A stretch of DNA of 64,000 bases from Pseudomonadota bacterium (lineage in GTDB: Bacteria > Desulfobacterota > Desulfobacteria > Desulfobacterales > RPRI01): the NCBI GenBank assembly GCA_043825875.1, contig JBDRRF010000109.1, positions 1-64,000 of the forward strand. The letters are read 5' to 3'. The position numbers and the translations under genes were made by a program. The stretch's first letter is position 1, and every line of letters begins with the position of its first letter. The notes beneath the pieces are model-generated. The model did no database searches. It worked only from the letters and a program-made list of their open reading frames with translations, and had not been told where the DNA came from. Shown piece by piece: positions 60,526 to 64,000 of this stretch.

Positions 60526-61608
60526 GTTGTATTCATTCTTACCTTTAGCGATTGTCCTAAAACGCGAAGGTACTTCACCAGCACGGCCAATTGCCATAAT
60601 CATTGCACCCAATAGAATAAATACTGTCATTTCTTCTTCGAGTTGGTTTTGAGAGCGTCCTTTTTCAAATGATTTGGGTATTAAAATGTAATTCTTATTA
60701 AAGACAGTCGGTCTCACATTGGATAAAGCTGCTTCAATTGTCATCGCATTTGGATCCACGACTAATGCAATAGGGCTGTATTGGGTAGCAGTTTCATTTA
60801 ATGAAAGAATAGCGTTGTTATAGACAGGATGCCAAAATTGACTACCCTTGCGCAGTGCAACTTCAGCCGCAGAGCCAAGTGCACTGTGAACAGAAAAAAG
60901 AGACTGTATGGCGTTGATAAACTTTGGGATATCGTTGTCATCACGATATATCAGCTTATGATCTGCAATCTTTTTCAGAACATCGTCAAAAACAACTTCA
61001 GGACGGCTAAAACAAAGTGAAATGAATGCCGCGAATAAAAAATTATCGAAAGCAGTTTTGCCTAATATTTCTTTCGCCTTATGAAAGGCATGATAATATT
61101 CCTTTGGCGGCAAATCTTGTGAAAGAAACTTTTCATATCCTGCTATATCAAGGTCAATATAGTGAGTTTTATGCTCATATAGATAAGCTGCAGATTCGAC
61201 AATGTCACGAACAGTGACGCCTGAAGACCCCGGCCGATCCAGCACGGATATATGATTGATTATATCGTCAGTAACTCCAGAAGGATTTTTTAGGAAAGCC
61301 TTAATTTTTTCGTCGGTTAAGGGATAACCAGCTTCCTGTTTGATATATTTCCTCATCAGATCGAAATATTGACATGCAAAGCTGTATAAAAAGCCTGAAG
61401 TACAAATTTGCAAAAAATGAAACGTCTCATGTGTCAATGTTGCCATGATTGATCGAGTAGCAAACGACCGCGTGCCCGCCGGATGGTTGTTAATAAATTC
61501 CCAATCCTCAAAACTACAGTTCACGCGAAGAATACCGCTACCCCATTCGAGATAGCCTGCTACTTCTGGTGGAACCTCGAAATATTGTGATAATTTTATT
61601 GTTTCCAT
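60520..61608 (-). CDS. hypothetical HExxH metallopeptidase-like protein (cassette)
   Basis: TLTHETFHFLQ with a downstream E (DIVES); core GTTAGCC and inverse core GGCTAAC. Confidence 0.65.
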   Translation of the reverse strand: METIKLSQYFEVPPEVAGYLEWGSGILRVNCSFEDWEFINNHPAGTRSFATRSIMATLTHETFHFLQICTSGFLYSFACQYFDLMRKYIKQEAGYPLTDEKIKAFLKNPSGVTDDIINHISVLDRPGSSGVTVRDIVESAAYLYEHKTHYIDLDIAGYEKFLSQDLPPKEYYHAFHKAKEILGKTAFDNFLFAAFISLCFSRPEVVFDDVLKKIADHKLIYRDDNDIPKFINAIQSLFSVHSALGSAAEVALRKGSQFWHPVYNNAILSLNETATQYSPIALVVDPNAMTIEAALSNVRPTVFNKNYILIPKSFEKGRSQNQLEEEMTVFILLGAMIMAIGRAGEVPSRFRTIAKGKNEYNG

Positions 61609-61628
61609 ATTCTTTTCATAAGGCTAAC

Positions 61629-61786
61629 GAGTCTGTAGAATAACTCCAAAATAAAATTTTTATGCAATTTTCAGGGGTCTTTTTACCCCTCCCCATCGCG
61701 TGATCATCGATTGTAGGGCATTCTCCAAGGTTGTTTTTTCATACATCCTACGCTGAATGCCGCTTCCAGACTTATTCTACAGGCTC
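61629..61786. mobile_element. 158-bp MITE inserted at the attC crossover triplet
   Basis: TIRs GAGTCTGTAGAATAA / TTATTCTACAGGCTC (14/15), flanked by AAC direct repeats at 61626-61628 and 61787-61789. Confidence 0.85.
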
Positions 61787-61843
61787 AACGGCTGCTTCAC
61801 GCGCGGCGGCTTTTTGCCGCCGCTGTGAAAGCAAATGTTAGGC
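61783..61843 (-). other. attC site
   Basis: Minus strand GCCTAAC-ATTTGCTTTCACAGCGGCGGC-AAAAA-GCCGCCGCGCGTGAAGCAGCC-GTT(GAGC). Confidence 0.85.
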
Positions 61844-61851
61844 CTGCTTCT

Positions 61852-62757
61852 TTATTTGCACGGCAATGCTGCTGGTTCAAGCATTGCGGGTGCATTGAGA
61901 TCACGCCAAAACTCCATCGCAGTGGCGGTTCTAAATTTGACATGGCGTCTCAATGATTTTTCCAACGCGAAGTTATATGGCGCAGGCAATTTAAGTGCCA
62001 TCTCTCTCGGCTTCCCTTCAAGGGTTTCCTGATTGCTAAATTGTAATCGCTTAGAGTACGCCAGCTGTAAAAACAAAACACCCAGATGGTATATGTCTAT
62101 CCGAGTATCAGTAGGGCCAAATTCGCCAGGATTTACAACTTCAGGTGGCAGCATCCACTGCGCTCTTGTGTTGGACAAATCTATCTCATGCAGCAATTTA
62201 GAAACACCCAAATCGCCCAACTTAAATTGAATTACTTTTTCTTTTGAAGGCACCATTTCATCTCTGATAAAGGTAGCGAACACATTCCCCTCATGGATGT
62301 CCTGATGCACGAAATTATTTAAATGCAAATAGTTGACTGCTTGAAGAAGTTGCCTGGCCATTGGCATAAGCCACGACATTCCATTCAAATTTTCTAAATC
62401 GAAGATCGCCGAAACTGGACTAAAGCACTTTTCTGCAATAATATAGAAGGTATCTCGATACTCGAATGCATCGTAAACAAAAGTGATAAATGGGTGCCTT
62501 AGTTGCATAAGGCGTTTAAATTCACCTTCAGCATTTTCTTTAACTTTTTCATAAGTGCCAATTGGTTTCAGTACCTTTGCTGCGAGTTCATTGTTCCAAA
62601 CATCATGGCAAGAATACACAATTCCGAAATTACCCTCACCAATTCTTTGACCTATCGTATAGGTGTTCCCGGTCATCAGGCTTGTAATTGACTCGCCTTC
62701 AGATGGCTGAATAGCTTGTTTCGGAAGCTCTTGAGGAAGTTGCTCAGATTCTGTCAT
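61852..62757 (-). CDS. Hanks-type Ser/Thr protein kinase (cassette)
   Basis: IGEGNFGIVY, LAAKVL, VHQDIHEGN, KLGDLG, PPE and DIYHLG motifs. Confidence 0.88.
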   Translation of the reverse strand: MTESEQLPQELPKQAIQPSEGESITSLMTGNTYTIGQRIGEGNFGIVYSCHDVWNNELAAKVLKPIGTYEKVKENAEGEFKRLMQLRHPFITFVYDAFEYRDTFYIIAEKCFSPVSAIFDLENLNGMSWLMPMARQLLQAVNYLHLNNFVHQDIHEGNVFATFIRDEMVPSKEKVIQFKLGDLGVSKLLHEIDLSNTRAQWMLPPEVVNPGEFGPTDTRIDIYHLGVLFLQLAYSKRLQFSNQETLEGKPREMALKLPAPYNFALEKSLRRHVKFRTATAMEFWRDLNAPAMLEPAALPCK

Positions 62758-62775
62758 AGTTTGTTTCCCAAAGGC

Positions 62776-64000
62776 ACCGGGTAGGTCAGGGGTGTCACCA
62801 CCCCTTTCCCCCCTAAGAACCGTACGTGATAGTTTCCCATCATACGGCTCAAGCCTCTCAAAAGGCAGCCCTTGGGGGGCGGCCCGGTTGTTTTACCTCC
62901 TAAGCGGCTTTCATGGCCCTGAATTCATGGGCCGACATTGCCGCTAACAATTTGCTGTCCTTTATATTCCGTCTGTACCAGAAATATTCTGCGTACTCCG
63001 GCATATAAGGGTTTGCATCGGCCTTTATCTTTATATATCTTCTTATACCAATGGCATGTAATTTTACAACCTCATAAATCTTGCTTTTCCCTGAGGCTGT
63101 TTTTGCACGGACAGCAAATCGATGTTTTCTACCGGAAGCTGACCAGTAATGTTTTATCAGCCATCCTTTCGATTTGTTTTGGTGACGCCGTCTGACTATA
63201 CGCCATAGTTGTTCAAAGACATAAGTATCGATTAGACCGAAGGCTTCCGATGCTACCACATGGCGGTGGTAATTTGCCCAGCCTCGAAGCATTTCATTCA
63301 ACTTCTTGATCAAGACCGGCATCGGAGCGCTGACGTGTTTTCGGGTTAACGCTCCCACTTTCCGTACAAGGGCGAGAACTCCCTCTTTTTCCGGTGTTAT
63401 GTGCAGCACACGACCGTGCTTTCGGAAAGTTTGTCCGAGGAACGTAAATCCGTTTTTAATATAGGTGATCGTGGTCTTTTCCTGTGACAGTTCAAGACCA
63501 CGCTTCGCAAGAAATACTTCTACCGCCGGTTTAACCTGATTTTCCAACAGGCGTTTTGATTTGCCTGTGATAATAAAATCATCGGCGTAGCGGACGAAGT
63601 TGACACGGGATCTTCTGGGAACTGCACTATGAACGGCTTCTTCCAGACCATCCAGCGTCATATTTGATAATGTGGGACTAATAATCCCACCTTGCGGAGT
63701 ACCCTTTCGAGTAGGATATGTAATGCCGTTTTCTACATACCCTGCTTTCAGCCACTTTCCAAGAACGACTTTGTCCATCACAATATTGCGAAGCATCCAT
63801 TCATGCGAGATATTGTCAAAACAGCCTTTAATATCTCCCTCCAGCACCCATGTCGCCGAGTTTGGCTTTGACAGGGCGTTAAAGGCCGCCTGGATGGCAT
63901 CGGCACATGACCGGCCTTCACGAAAGCCGTATGAGTTCCTGTCGGCGGTCGTTTCCGCAACCGGAGCCAGCACTAATTTGTACAATGCCTGCATCGCCCG
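62776..64000 (-). mobile_element. group II intron (IIB/chloroplast-like), 3' part; 5' part lies outside the window
   Basis: 34-nt DV GAGCCGTATGATGGGAAACTATCACGTACGGTTC (62817-62850); DVI ...CCTGACCTACCCGGT. Confidence 0.9.
62900..64000 (-). CDS. ltrA: group II intron reverse transcriptase/maturase (CL1-like, no HNH domain), 5'-truncated by window
   Basis: ADRNSYGFR, EGDIKGCFD, GTPQGGIISP, RYADDF and maturase X domain LRGWANYH. Confidence 0.93.
   Translation of the reverse strand, partial: RAMQALYKLVLAPVAETTADRNSYGFREGRSCADAIQAAFNALSKPNSATWVLEGDIKGCFDNISHEWMLRNIVMDKVVLGKWLKAGYVENGITYPTRKGTPQGGIISPTLSNMTLDGLEEAVHSAVPRRSRVNFVRYADDFIITGKSKRLLENQVKPAVEVFLAKRGLELSQEKTTITYIKNGFTFLGQTFRKHGRVLHITPEKEGVLALVRKVGALTRKHVSAPMPVLIKKLNEMLRGWANYHRHVVASEAFGLIDTYVFEQLWRIVRRRHQNKSKGWLIKHYWSASGRKHRFAVRAKTASGKSKIYEVVKLHAIGIRRYIKIKADANPYMPEYAEYFWYRRNIKDSKLLAAMSAHEFRAMKAA

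Noticed and set aside
57926..61843. CRISPR array or plain terminators
   Set aside because: The elements differ in length and sequence, are separated by whole genes and carry matched RYYYAAC/GTTRRRY boxes, which indicates attC sites.
62900..64000. Retron, DGR or defence-associated RT
   Set aside because: A maturase X domain and a canonical DV/DVI downstream identify a group II intron.

Overview
AT-rich bacterial DNA whose gene content points to an anaerobic Desulfobacterota (deltaproteobacterial) sulfate reducer or syntroph; this assignment is inferred from protein families only. Left third: beta-oxidation genes (FadN-like HAD/ECH and a thiolase), then an ~18 kb minus-strand redox cluster: AOR - MoaD - BamC-like ferredoxin - HdrA/GltD fusion - MvhD - FlxC-like - HdrC - Sec-HdrA - Sec-MvhD - split HdrA/GltD - second AOR. 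Two of these genes are broken in the ORF track by in-frame UGA codons that are almost certainly selenocysteine, each followed by a SECIS-like hairpin. Middle: housekeeping genes (carB, purF lacking the N-terminal Cys, plsC, fabF, acpP). Right half: an accessory region with about 14 attC-like sites in two minus-strand cassette blocks plus two isolated cassettes, and no integrase in the window. The attC sites are hit by several element types: two IIC-attC intron fragments, a MITE at an attC crossover triplet, and a IIB/CL-type intron apparently in a cassette core site. Between the blocks lie a sigma54-controlled operon (acyl-CoA dehydrogenase, catalytically dead HMG-CoA-synthase-like/DUF35 fusion, SCP2-type thiolase, split B12 mutase with a heavily remodelled active site) and a GluR0-like ligand-gated K+ channel. 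The best candidates for undescribed systems are the AOR + BamC + Hdr/Mvh selenoprotein complex and the PhlABC-like + divergent B12-mutase operon. All assignments were made by eye; no searches were run.
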